Positions 33,901 to 46,800 of a DNA stretch of 64,000 bases are shown here, piece by piece (positions within the stretch are counted from its first letter, which is position 1; the number at the start of each line of letters is the position of its first letter). The notes beneath the pieces were generated by a model. It had not been told where the DNA came from, did not search any database, and saw only the letters and a list, made by a program, of their open reading frames with translations. Source of the DNA: Cyanophora paradoxa CCMP329 (taxonomy: Eukaryota > Plantae > Glaucophyta). The stretch spans positions 62,001 to 126,000 of the forward strand of contig QPMI01000648.1 of NCBI GenBank assembly GCA_004431415.1, read 5' to 3'. Both the position numbers and the translations under genes were made by a program.

Positions 33901-36900
33901 CCCAGCTCGAGGGGGCCGGCGGGTCGGGGCGGACGGCGGTGATGAAGCCGGTGTGGCCGGCGAGCTGCTGCAGGTCCCCCATCGAGTCCTGCGGGAGGCA
34001 AGAAGTTAGAGGAAGGGGGGTAGAGGTACATGGGAGAGGGAGGGGAGGGGGGCGGACGAGGTCCCAGACGCGGACGGAGTTGTCGACGCTGCTCGACACG
34101 ATCCGCTTCAGGTCCTGCGGGGCTGTTAGGGGCTGGAAAGAAGGCGGAGGAGGGCGGCGGGGGGCGGGGGCGGGCCCCGGAGGCGGCGACGGCGGTGACG
34201 AAGGTCGTGTGCCCCACAAGCTGCTGCACCTGCGCGCCGCGGCGGGGCGGAGAGGAAGGGGAGAGCGGGTTCGCTGTCAGAGGCAGCTTTATATAGCCCG
34301 GAAGGGTACAGGGGGGAGGCGGCCGACCTCGGTGCCGGACTCGACGTCGAAGACGAGGATGGACTTGTCGGCGCTCCCGCTCACCACCCGCCGCCCGTCC
34401 TGCCGGAAAAACGTTGGGGCGGGAACGGCGGGGCGGAGGCGGGGGCGGCGGCGGTGGGGTCAAACTAAGCCAAGCTAAGCTTATCTAAGGGGGGGGCTAA
34501 GCTAATCCCAGCTAAGGGAGGGGTGCGGGGGCGGGAGCGGACGGCGGAGAAGAGGACGGAGGCGACGGCCGCCGTGTGGCCCTGCGCCCCCGCCCCGCCC
34601 CGTCAGCGCCCCCGGCCTCGCCCACTCCTGCCCGCAGCGCCCACGTCTAGTTCCGTCTAGCGCGCCCCTCTTATTCTTCGCCTTTGGACGTCGCCTCTAT
34701 CCCGCAGGGCCCTTGGAGTGGAGTGGCGGACCTGGAGCTCCTGGAGCTCGCTGCCGGACTCGGCGTCGTAGACGCGGGTCACCTTGTCCCGGCACCCCGC
34801 CGCCACCCGCGCCCCGTCCTGCCGCCCCCGTCAGAACGGAGCGGAGCGGGAGGGACGATCGAGTGGGCGGACCGGGGAGAGGGCGAGGGCGGTGACGGTG
34901 AGCTCGCGGAGCTGGAGCCGCAGCCGCTCCGCCCGCTTCTCCACGTCCCACACCCGCAGCACCTGCGTGCGCCGCCCCGGCTCGGCCCCAGCTCGGCCAG
35001 ACTTGCTAGCCTCCCGCAGGGCCCGCCCGCCCGCCCGCGTCCCGGGTGGACCTTCTCGTCGCTCGCGAAGAGCACCCGCTCGCCGTCCTGCGCGGGGGGC
35101 GCCAGCTTAGCTTGGGAGGGAAGCGGGGGCGGGCGAGGGGGCGGGCGGACGGCGGAGATGGCGACGTGCTTCACCTGCGTCGAGTGCTTCGCCATCTGCG
35201 GGGGCCGGGCCGGGGTGAGCGGGGTGAGCGGGGCGGCGGGTCGGCGCCCTCTCGTCTAGTTATAACTCTAATATGATTCACGGGTCTTGGGGCGCGCCTG
35301 CATGATCTCGGCGCCGGACTCGGCGTCCCAGACGCGCACGGCGCAGTCGTCCCCGCCCGACACCACCCGCCGCCCGTCCTGCCAACGAGAGTGAGCCGCG
35401 CCAGAAGAAGAAGAAGAAGAAGACGGAAGGAAGCCAAGGAGGCGGGGAAGAAGAAGAAGAAGGGGCGGTGCCCGGCCGGCCGGCACGGCGGAAAAGACCC
35501 GCCCATAACTTCCAAAGTGGGAAACGGCAAGAAGAAGGGGCGCGGGCGCGGGCGGGGGCGCGGGCGCGGGCGGGGGCGCGGGGGCGGGGGCGCGGACCGC
35601 GGAGACGGCGACGCCGGAGACGGCCTCCGCGTGCCCCGCAAGCTGCCCCACCTGCGCCCGCGCCCGGCCCCGCAGCTTGAGCAGAGGAGAGGAGAGGAGA
35701 GAGGAGAGGAGCGGCTTCTTCGTGGGCACCTGCGCGCCCGTCTCGCCGTCCCTGAGAGAGCGCGGCTCGGCGTGAGAATGGATGTGATGGATGGGATGGG
35801 ATGGGAGGAGGCTGAGGGGGGCGCGCCATATCCGGACGGTCTTGTCGAGGCTCCCCGAGACCACGCGGCGCCCGTCCTGCCGAGCCGGGCGGGTCAGCGC
35901 GGGCAGGCGGCCCAGGCCGGGCGGGGCGGGGCGCGCCGCGGAGAAGGCGAGGGCGGTGACGGGGGCCGCGTGGCCCCCCATCTCCACCACCTTCGTCCCC
36001 GTGTCCCCGTCCCTGCGCCGGGCCGGCGTCAGGGATAGATGACCGACAGATTATTAGGAGTAGGGGCTTCGTTAGATTAGTTAGTTAGATAGATAGATAG
36101 GTTGGATTGGTTATTGGAGGGGTGCAGGCGCGCCACATCCAGACGGTGCAGGCGTCGCCGGCGGCCACGATGCGCTTCCCGTCCGACGAGGCGGCGACGC
36201 CCGAGACCTGCCCCCCGGCCCCGCCCCGTGAGCCGAGCCGAGCCAAGCCGAGCTACGCCGAGCGGAGCTTGAGTTCTCAGATTTCAGATTCCGAGGTTCG
36301 CTGCTAGATGAGACGACCGGGGCGGGGCGGGGCGGGGCCAAGCTAAGCAGGTGCTCTTAGCTAAATTCGCTGCTAGATGAGACGGGCGGGGCGGGGCAGG
36401 GGGATACGCTGAGCTGAGCTTTAGTTCTTAGATTCGCTGTTCGATCAGAGGGGCGGGGCGGGGCGGGGGCTCACGGAGGATCCGGGGGAGACGAGGGCGG
36501 GGCGGGAGTTGGTGCGGCACCCGTCCAGCCGCGCCCCCCGCAGGTCCGCCCCCGACAGGCACGCCTCCTGCCCCCGCCCGCCCGCCCCGTCAAGCCTCGA
36601 ATTCGATTCGAGGCGGTTTCCCAGCTCGCAGCGGGCGCCGTTAAGGAGAACAGAGCGCCTCGACAGGTCACTCCCATTAAACCCTCTTAACGCAAAGCTT
36701 TGAAGGGACCGTGAAGCTCTAGACCCGGGGCGGACCTGGAGGGAGCAGGCGCGGAGGTCGGCGCGGCGGAGGTCGGCCCCCGCCGCCTCGAGGCGCCACA
36801 GGTTCGCCCCCGCCAGGCGCGCCCCGGAGAGGTCCCGCCCCGCCATCGACACGTGCGCTGCGCCGCGGCGGTCAGGAAGGAAAGGAAGCAGAAAGAGGCC

Positions 36901-39900
36901 TAGGCTCTAGGCTCTAGAAAGAGACTTTGTTCGTGCGGGGGCGGGGGCGGGCGCGCCGGCGACGAGGACGGTGGCGGCGTTGGCGGCGGCGAGGACGGCC
37001 GGGGAGCCGTCGGCGACGCCCTCCGCGCGGCTCGCCTCCACCAGCCCGAACAGCGCCTGCCGAGACGAAGAAGAGGAGGAGGTCAGAGGGAGAGCTCGAG
37101 CCGGAGGAGGGGGGGCCTCGAGATCTAAGACGACCTAGCAGACGATCTAGCATTTAAGATTTAAGACCTACGATCCAGCAGCAGCAGAACGTCGAGCGGG
37201 CGGTGGCTACGATCTAGGTGTAAGATCTAAGACGATCTAGCAGCAGAACATCGAGCGGGGCGGGGCGGGGCGGGGCGGGTGCGGGCCTGGGCGAGGTGGG
37301 ACTCGGGCTCGTTCTGGGCGGCGTCCGCCAGGAACCGCACCAGCGTCGCCTCCCCCGACAGGGGCCTGCCCGAGGGGGAGATAAGAGAGGGAGAGGGAGG
37401 GGGGAGAGGAATGGGGAGGGGCGCAGGGGGCGTTAGTTATCCTCGGCTTCAGCCGAGTGGGGGGGAGAATTAAGGGCGGCGGCGGAGGGGCGGGGGACGG
37501 GCCTGGTGGCGAGGTCGATGTGCTCGCAGGGGTCCCGCCCCTCCCCCGCCTCCTCCTCCCCCGTCACCTGCCCCCGCGCGACCCGTCAGCACTCGGACGC
37601 CGCTGGGAGTGGTTGCGGGGACCCGACGCCGAGCCCTCTTCCCCGCTCTTACATTCTACCCGAGCGGGGCGGGGGCGGGGCGGGGCGGGGGCGGACGGCG
37701 GCGAGGATGGCCTCTGCGGCGAGGAACTCGAGGAGGGTCTTGTGCACGAAGGCGAACCCCAGCGCCTCCCCCGCACGCCACCGCCGCAGCGGGCAGCTGC
37801 GCCCGCACCGAAAGCCCCGCTCAGCTTCTTCTTCCATCTATCTATCTTCCTCTGCCTCGCTCGCCTGTTGCGGACGAAGAGGAGCTCGCCGTCGTCCAGC
37901 AGCCGCTCGCACGCCCGCTGCTCCGCCGAGGCCCCCGCCCTCTGCGAGGCGCACGGGGGGCCGGTTACATTGGTCGGAGGAAGTTTCTTTGTAGAGGACC
38001 GGGGGAGCAGGCCTTGGCCTGCTTGGCCTTGCCCGTCTGGACGGAGACCTGGCTGGTTCCCATCTGGAAGCGAAGGTTAACGTGAGACTGGGGGTACAGC
38101 GCGACAATGAGAATGAGAAAAGGGGTACGCGAAAGAGGAGGACGGCGAGGCGCCTGCAGAGGTCCATCCCCGCCTCCACGAGCCCCTCCTCGTCCCCCGC
38201 CCACGCTGCCCGCCCGGGGTACGCGATTAAAAGCTTGGGAGAGGGGGGGAGGGGAGGAGGCGAGGGCGGGGGGAGGGAAGGGCGCACCGGCAGCGCCCTT
38301 GAGACGGTTGCCGCGCCACAGCTCGCGCCTGGGGGCGGGGCGCGGAGCCAAGTCAGAACAGGGCGGGTGGGTCTCGGGCTCAGGTGATCGGTCACCTGAG
38401 CCAGTCCTCCACAAAGGCGCGGTAGAGGGCGCGGGGCCCCAGCCCGCGGCCCTCTCCCCTGCGGGTCGGGGCCGGGTCAAGATAGGGCTGGCCCAGTCTT
38501 CTGCTCTCCGGAGGGGAAGGGGGTCGCACCGGCCCTCGCCGACGGCCTCGGCGGCGCGCTGCGGGAGGACGCGCGCCAGCATCGAGAGCGTGAACGGGTT
38601 CTCCACCAGGCTGCCCGGAGAAGCGAGGGGTGTCAGAGCGTCTAAGGTAAAGGAGGGCGGGCTGAGGGGCGGGGCGGGGCGGGCCTGGCGAGGCCCGGGG
38701 TGCGGCGGAGCTCGGCGGCGTAGCGCTCGAAGGACCAGGCGTCGCCGTCCCGCGCGTGCTGCAGTGCGTACTTCCCCAGGTACTGCCCCCGCAGAGGAGT
38801 CAACCTAGGTCCCGTCTTGATGGAGGGGAGGGGGCGGGGCGGCGGACCTCCTCCACTTGGAAGCGGTTGAAGGGCCGCGTCGCCAGCTGCGAACGAAGTC
38901 ACCACACCCGACGAGGTCCGACCGAAGCGCGCCGCACGTACCTGGCGGAGCTTGGAGACCTCGAACTGGCCTCCCTCCACCGGCGCGAACGTCCTCTGCT
39001 TAGGCGGCTCAGACGAGGCTCAGATGGGGGAGGGGGGAGGGGGGGAGGGGCCCGCCTCGGGCCGCTTGGTGGGAAGCGACGCAAGGTACTCGGTCCTGGG
39101 TACGGATTCAGCTGGCAGGCTCCTGGGGGGGAGAAAGGGGGGTACGCGCCGGCAGGAGATGATGACGGCGCTGGCGAAATCGCCGATGCCATTGGAATCC
39201 CACAGGTTGCCGGTCTCGCCCGTCTCGTCGTACCCGTCCAGAAGCAGCACGAGCCCCATCCTGGGGGCCCTTCAGGGGTACAGCGGATGGTGGTCGCGTG
39301 GGGTACGCCGCACCGGCGGCGGACGTCCGCGAGGGCCTCTGGGGCCAGCCCGAGGCGCGCGGCGACCGCCTGCGGGGGATATGCGCAGTCAGAGCGGCTG
39401 AGCGCCGCGGGGGAGGGGGGTACAGGGACGGCTCGCCTGGCGGACGGCCTTGCGTACCCCCCCGGGGGCGTCCGCGAGCTCGGGGAGGGGTACGAGGACC
39501 GTCGCGGGGAGCTGGCCTGAGGGATCCGCCGCCCCGCCCCGCACCTGGGCCGCCCCCGCGCTCAGAAAGAAAAAAGGCGAAAAAAGAAAGAGAGCAGAGG
39601 GGGCGCGCCCACTGGTGGCAGACGCGGCGGTGCGCGAAGCGGAGGAACGTGCTCTTCGAGGTGCCCTGACGCCGTCCGTACCCCCCCGTAAGGGGGGAAG
39701 AGAAGGGGGAGGGAGGGAGAGGGGGGGGTACGGGCGCACGGCGTCGCCGAGGAGGAGGAGGGCGCGGTGGCGGGCGGCGCGGGCGAGGTCCGCCCCGGCG
39801 CCGGCCTCGGGGGGCGCCGCCGGGGCCGCGAACTGCCGCAGGAACGCCGTCGCCTGCGAAGACGCCTTTGAAAACAAGGAAGGGAAGGGAAGGGAAGGGA

Positions 39901-42900
39901 GGGGGCGGGCCTCGGCGTCGAGGTCGAGGGCCTCGCGGCGGGCGGGGTCGGTGGCGGTCGGGGGCACGTAGAGGGCGAGCCCCGCCGTCAGGTCGTCCCG
40001 CTCCAGCTCCGCCCGCCCGTACTGCGCGCGAGCAGCACCGCGTGAGGTCTCTTGCGGCACGCCACGACGGCGTTCTGGCGTGGGAGGGGGCGGGGGCGGA
40101 CCTTGGCGAGGGCCGCCAGCAGCGGGTCGTTCGCCGCCGACGCCTCGTGGCTCTGCGAGGGGGCGGGGCGGGGCGGGGCGAGGCGGCGGGCGGGGCGGGC
40201 GTCAGGGGCAGCTCTTCGGCGGGGCGCGGGGCCTGCGGCTCGGGGGACGGGACGGGGCGGGGCGGGGGCGCGCCAGGGCGATGGGGTCGGGGGCCGAGGG
40301 GCCGCCGTCCGCCAGCCGCGCGTCCGTCTGCGAACGAAGTGAGGGGGGGAGGGGGGGGGCGGGGGACGAGGGCGCGGGAGCGAGCTACGCAAGCTATGCA
40401 AGCTATGCTACGCAAGCTATGCAAGCTGGGCGAAGCCGACATTGGGGTCTTGGCGAGGCTGAGAGCCGAGGGGGGAGCGATGGTGCGGGAGCAAGCTAAG
40501 AGCGGAAAACTGAGCCTCGCAAGCTATGCAACCCGGACCTGGGGGTCGTCGATGCGGAAGGCGATGTCCTCGGCCGCCCGCGCCGCCTCCCGCCCGTGCG
40601 CCTTCCGGAGGGGGGGCGCCGGCGAGGTGAGGGGCGGGCGGGGCGGGGCGGGGGGAACGAGGCTAGGAGCCCGGGAGCCCAGAGGCAAGAGCCTAGGGTG
40701 CGAGGACGGGGGCCTAGAGGCAGGCGAGAGCCTAGGGTCCGGGCGGGTCGGGCGGGGGCGCACGTCGCAGGCGGGGAAGCGGCGGAGGCGCATGGCGAGG
40801 GCCTCGCTCGCGTGCGGCGTCACGCCCTCCCGCGGCTCGCAGTACGCCACCACGATCGCCTGCGAACGAAGTGAGGGGGAGGGGGGGGCATGGCGGCCCG
40901 GGGTACAGGAGCGGACCTTCTCGAGGTCGTAGGCGTAGCTGAACTCCTCCCCGCAGTACTGCGACACCACCGACCTGCCCCCGCGCCGGGTCAGGGGGAG
41001 GGGGAGGGGGGGGGGGGGGGGGGGGGGGGGGAGCAGAGCGTACTTGGAGGACGCGAAGAAGACGAGGTGCGTGCAGTTCCGCACGGCCCGCGCCACTGCC
41101 CGGGGCGCGGGGCGCGGGGTCAGGGGGGCTAGGGAGGGGAGGTAGTGGAAGGGTAGGGGGGGCCCACCCTCGTCGACCCAGCGCATGCCTGGGATGGGGG
41201 GGATGGTTAGAGTTAAGAGTGGAGATGGGAGGGGGAGAAGGGCTGGGAGGGGTACCGGCGGCGATCTGCATCTCGTCGAACCTGTGGCGATTCGATCGGC
41301 GGGTTTTTCCGGAGGGCGGGGGGAGGAAGGGCGGGGGGTACCAGCACGAGACGCCCCGAGCCTCGAGCGCCTCTTTGATGGGGCGGACGATCGCACCGTT
41401 CGCGTGCGCGTACGAGACGAACACGCGGACCTGAACACTCGAGGTTCGAATCTGGGGATAAAACAGAAACGGAAAAAATAGGGAGGGGGGGTACCGCGGG
41501 GGCGTCTGCGGGGAGCTCGCCGCGGGCCCAGTTGGGGGCCGCCGCGTCCCGAGAGACCGCCGCCTGCGACCGAAGGCCCTCAGGCGCGGCGGGCGCGGCG
41601 CTCCGCTGTCCGTGCCCCCGCGCGGCTCTGCTTCCCCCCCCCCCTCCACTTCGCGTGTACCCCGGGGCACCTTCTCCCAGGTGACCTTGCGGCGGACCTC
41701 GGACCAGCTCCCCGCCGCGCGCTCCCGCCGCGCGATGCGCTGCAGCGCCTCCGCGAACGACTCCAGCCGCCCGTCGTACCCGGGATCCCCCTCCGCCCCC
41801 AGCGGCCACGTCCACTGCGCAGAATTGATCCGAGGTCAGATTCGATCCGAGATTTGATCCAGGTCAGATTTGATCCGACCTGGAACTGGCGGAGGCGCAT
41901 GTCGAGGCCGAGGGGGAAGGCGGCGACGGCCTCGGCGGGGTCCTCCACGAAGAGCGGGCACACGTCCCGCCCCGAGTCGATCGCTGCCGTCCAGTCAGGC
42001 CCGACCAGTCAGGCTTCCAAAGCTTCTCCAAAGCTTCTATGCTTCTAGGTCTCTAGGCTTCTAAGCTTGTTCTAAGCAGTCAGGTCCGAAGCGGCGGCAT
42101 GGGGACCCCCTTTGCTCCAAGGCTTCTAAGGCTTCTAAGTTCTAAGGCTATTGGGCTTCTTCTAAGCTTCTAAGCTTCAAAGCTTCTTCTTCTGAGCTCG
42201 CGGGTGCACCGTCGTTGAGGGCGGCGAGGGAGCGCGCGTCGGCGGCCGAGGCGCGTGACGTCACGAAGACGAAGGCCCGGCAGCCGCACCCCGCCTCCCC
42301 CGCCCCCGTGCCCGGGCCCGGGCCCGGGCCCCCCTCACACGCTCCGCCCCCGTCCCCGCTGGGCGCGAGGGTAAGGGAAGCGGAGGGGAGGGGGAGCGGG
42401 AGAGGGGTACCAGATGTCGAAGGCGTAGTCGTCGCGGAGGTCCGTCAGGACGTGCCCTAGCCGCTCGAGGTCCCCGGGGGTACCGCAAACGTGCACCCGC
42501 AGCCGCCGGCGTCTCCGGGGGGCGCCCGCCTCGTCCACTGCGGGGGGGCGGGCGGGCGGGCGTGGGCGGGGCGCGCGGGGCCGCAGGCGGGGCGGGCGCG
42601 GCGCACCCGACACGACCGAGCCGCGATGCGAGAGGGCGTGGGATACGCCCTGCGGGGCCTCTGGCTGCTCGCCGTGCGGCGAGCCGTGCATGGGCGGCGG
42701 CTCCGCCGGGACGAGCAAGGGCGCCGGCGGCGCCTTTCCGTTCTTGCCCTTCGAGCCCTCAGGGGCGGACGCTACGGTCGGGCCGGGTTTCTGTGGCTCT
42801 TCGGCGGCCCTGGAGGCGGGCCGGACGGCCGGCGACGGCAGCGCCGGGGGCGCAGGGCCGGGCCGCAGCTCGACCCGGACTTCCTCGTGGCCTGCGGCGC

Positions 42901-42916
42901 GTCGGACGGAGCGCAT
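30919..42916 (-). CDS. NLR-like STAND protein: degenerate TIR - TIR - NACHT - pentapeptide repeats - 14 WD40 repeats
   Basis: TIR VRVFVSYAHANGAIVRPIKEALEARGVSCWFDEMQI...LVFFASSKSVVSQYCGEEFSYAYD. NACHT LLLLGDA|GTSKST, LVLLLDGYDE, VIISCR|TEYL, NPFTLSM, FVHKTLLEFLAAE. Linker AAANAATVLVAG. Pentapeptides RDLSGARLAGANL...ADLRRADL. Fourteen GH...DG..SGS.D..VRVWD units. C-terminal LSAHLRRLLAQLGA. Start codon uncertain. Confidence 0.9.
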
Positions 42917-43841
42917 GGACGCCCCGCGAGAGGGAGCGCCGCACCATGGACGACCTGGCCCGGCGGATGCGGCGCCGGCGGGGGCGCTCCCGGGTTGGAG
43001 CCGTGCCGTTCCCCAACCGTCCGCGGCGCGGACGGGACGCAGCCCCTGCACACCACCAAGTCAGTCGCAAATCTTAGCTAAGGAAGCTTCAGCTTCTTCA
43101 CGTTCAATCGACGCGGGCGCGGAACGCACATGGAGGGCGTTTAGCGGCTGCGCGATTGCCGCAAATCGGACAGGCTCTGAATGGCTTGAATTGGCTTCGG
43201 ACGTAGCCGTGGACCTAAAGGAGCCCCGAGCGCCGTCGGCGTCAGATTGTGCGCCAGGACCTTTCTTCAGCGAGACACGCCTGTACCCCACTGAGTTCTC
43301 ATCCCCCCTGCAGTCTGGAGCTCGCGCGTGGTCAACGTTGGCCGTCACTGACTCGGCCGCCTTCCAGAGCAGTAGCGGCGGCGAAACTGAGCATCCGAAC
43401 CGAAATCCCCGTGTGTTCGTAGCTTGTTCGTAGCTCGCGAGGACCGGTTGGAGCTTTCGCCGCGGGCCGACCACAAGCTCGAAAAGACGAGCCGTAGCTT
43501 CCCCGTTCATCTGCGCAGCTCGAGCCCCAGCCGCCGAAGATGAGGCGCAGCTCGAAGCCGGCGTCGCAGAACTCCCTCGCGTCTCCTCCGCTGGCGCAGG
43601 TCGAGCCGCCGCGCTCCATCGGAGAGCTGCGGCGGGCCAGCCTCGGTGAGCTGCCCGCGCCCCGCCGCCCGCGTCCCGGCGTCGCCCGTTCTGCTCCGAT
43701 CCCGGCCCCGACTCCCGCTCTCCGTCCTGGCCGTCGCCCTCCGTCCCTAGCGTCCCATCGCTTCTCTGTAGGCTGCGATCGCCCGCGGCTGACCTGACGG
43801 CCCGCGCCACGCCGGCAGTCTCGCGCTCGGGATCCATCTCT

Positions 43842-46800
43842 ATGCCGGGCCAGCAGCAGCCGATGGTCGTCAACATCGAGATCGCCGACGGCCCCGGCCA
43901 GCGCTCCCCGGGGGCCCTCTCCCCCGAACGCGCCCGCGGCGTCTCGAGGGGGTGCGTGCCCCCCTTCCCCGCCCCGGCCGCCCCGCCCGCCCCGCGCCTG
44001 GTCCCCTGACCGGACGGGTACACCCCCGCAGGCCCGCGAGCGCCGGCAGCCTGGACCCCCGCACCATGCAGCGCAGCGCCGGCCCCGGGAACCAGGTCTG
44101 CCCCCCGCCCGCCCCGCCCCAGCGAGGCCCTACCCCCCTCGAATCGAATCGCGTACCCAGGGGGAGATCATGGACCGCATGCTCGCTCTCGAGCGCGAGA
44201 AGCAGGAGCTCCAGAGCAAGCTCTCCCAGTACGAGGTACCCCCCTCGGGAGGGTTCCCCGCCCCTGTACCCCCCGGGACTCAAGCCGCCGCTTCTCCCCC
44301 CCGCAGGGCCGTCTCAAGCCGCCGGGCTCCCCCGCCGGCAGCGGCAGCGAGTACTCGGGGCTCTCCTCTGGGTCCGAGGTTCGCGTAACCTCCCACTTTC
44401 GCACAAATCCTTCGGTACCCCGTGCGACCGGGGTACGCAGTACTCGCACTCGCCGGGCCCGGGGGGCCACAAGAAGGAGAAGACCGGGTTCCTGTCGCGC
44501 ATCTTCGGCGGCGGCTCCGGCGGCCACAAGCACGGCCAGGGCCACGGCAAGGGCAAGGAGCCGGCGGAGTCGCCGCAGTCGTTCTCGCGCGCCTCCTCCC
44601 ACCCGCCCTCCTCCGCCCCGCCGCCCTCGACGGGCCCCGGGACGGCCGGGACGACGCGGGGGCCCACCCCCGCCAGCCGCTCCTTCCACTGGGGCGGCGG
44701 GGACGAGGAGGGCAGCTCCGAGGCGCCCCCGAGGGCCCCCGCGGCCGTCACCGCCAAGCCCTGGGTCAGCTCCGCCGAGGTGCGTTCTCGATCGCTCCCG
44801 AAGAAACTCGCCCCCCGCGGACTCGAACGCGCGCCCCGCAGGTCGACAAGTACCGGCGCGAGATCGCGCGCCACCTCCCCGCCGGCATGCAGCCCATGGA
44901 CGTGGGGTACGCCTTCCGCGAGGTGCGCGCTGCCGTACCCCTCCTCTCTTCCCTCCTCCTTCATGTCTGACATTGGGGTACCCCGCTCCTCCGACGATAG
45001 GCGAACAACCTGCCCCACCAGCCCGAGCTCGCGATCGCGAACGCAGCGGCGGCCGCCGCCACCATGGCCCGGGGTACGCGTCGCTTCCCGGCCCCGCGTG
45101 AATCCCGTACCCCTCACGCGCTTTCGGCGCAGGCAACAGAGACGCGGACCCGGCGGCGATCGCTGCGGCGATCGCGGAGAGCGCGGTACCCTCCTCGGGC
45201 ATGCTGAAGGGCCCTGTACCCACCCTCTCCATCGGTGACCTAATGCGGGCCCGGCCCACCATCGCCGCCGGCGCGGCCCCGGCCACTGCCGCGGCCCCGG
45301 TTGCTCGCCCGGCATCACAGCAGTCCATCCCGGCGCCGGGCGCCGGGCGTCCGGCGCTGCAGCCGCCCTCCCAGCAGCCGCAGCCTCAGCGATCCTCGCC
45401 GCAGCATCAGCCTCAGCCTCAGCCGCAGATGCAGCCGCAAGCTGTCCGCCAGCAGCCGTCCCCGGCGGCGCCTCCGCAGCCCCAGTCGGTCGCGAGGCCT
45501 CTTGCCCCTCCGGCCCCCGCGCCCTTCTCCGCCTCCCCGCCCGCCCGCCCCTCCTCCGAGGCCGCCCCCGCCCCCGCGTCCGCCCCGCCGGCGCCGGCCC
45601 CGCTCAAGCCCCCGGCGGCCCCCGCGGCGCCGGCCTCCCGACGCTGTCGGCCGTCCCGCCGCCGCCTCCTTTGGGCCTCTCTCAGCCCCCAAGTCCCCGG
45701 GCCTCGCCATCCCGCCGGCCCCTTCCGGCGGCCTCGCCCTCCCGCCGGCTCTCTCGGGCGGCGTCCCGCCGCCCCCGCCCCGCCCGGACCCGGCGGCATC
45801 CCCGCACCGCCGCCGCCGCCCCCGGCGCTCGGCGGCGGGGGCGCGGCAAACCCAGCCGTCCCCGCCCCCAAGCGCGGCCCCTCCAAGGCGCCTTTATCTA
45901 CCCCCCCACTACCCCATTCCCACTGACCTTCTCTCTAGAACCTGCGGCGGGTGCACTGGGATCGAATCCCGCGGGACCGCCTCCAGTACACGATCTTCGC
46001 GCACGCTCCCTTCCACCAGGCGGGCGCCCCCCGCCCCCCCCCTCCACCCCGCCCAAGCTGAGATCGCGCTCTGCTCGCAGGACCCGATCTACATCGACCC
46101 CGCGGAGGTCGACGTCCACTTCGAGGTCACCAAGACCCGTCCGCCCGCCCCGCCTGCCCCGCCCCCGCCCCCGCTCTCCCTGTCGTCTGTCCTCACGGCC
46201 GGCCGCCGCGCCAGAGTCGAGGGGCGTCGGGCGCCGCGAGTCCGTCACCGGCGGCTCCGCCAAGGTGCCAAGGACCCCCCGCCCCGAGCTTTCCGCCCCC
46301 GACCCACCCCCCCGCTCGCCCCCCCGCGACAGACGAACATCATCGCGGAGAAGAAGGCCCAGCGCATCGGTGCCCCGCCCCCGCCCCCGCCCTCCGCAGC
46401 AGCCGAGGCTCCGCAGCTGAGGAGCCCTCCCCCCCGCCCCGCTGAGGCGCCAATCCCCCGCAGGGATCGTGCTATCGCGCTTCAAGCAGTTCTCCCGCCC
46501 CGAGCTCTCCATCGACATCGTCAAGGTCCGTTGAGGGGAGGAGGAGGAAGAGGAGAAGCGCCGGGCGGGGCGGGGCCCGACGGGCGGGGCCCGACGGGGG
46601 GGCGGGCGCGGCCGCGCAGGCGATCCTCCGCTTCGACGACTCCGACTTCGGCGAGACGCTTGGTACCCCCGCCCCGCCCCGCCCCGCCCCGATCGGGTCG
46701 ACTCCGCCCCGCCCCGCTCCTCTGCTAAGGCGCCGCCCGCCCCCGCCCGCCGGCAGACGACCGCGCGAGCACGATGCAGGCCCTCATCCGCGAGTGGTGC

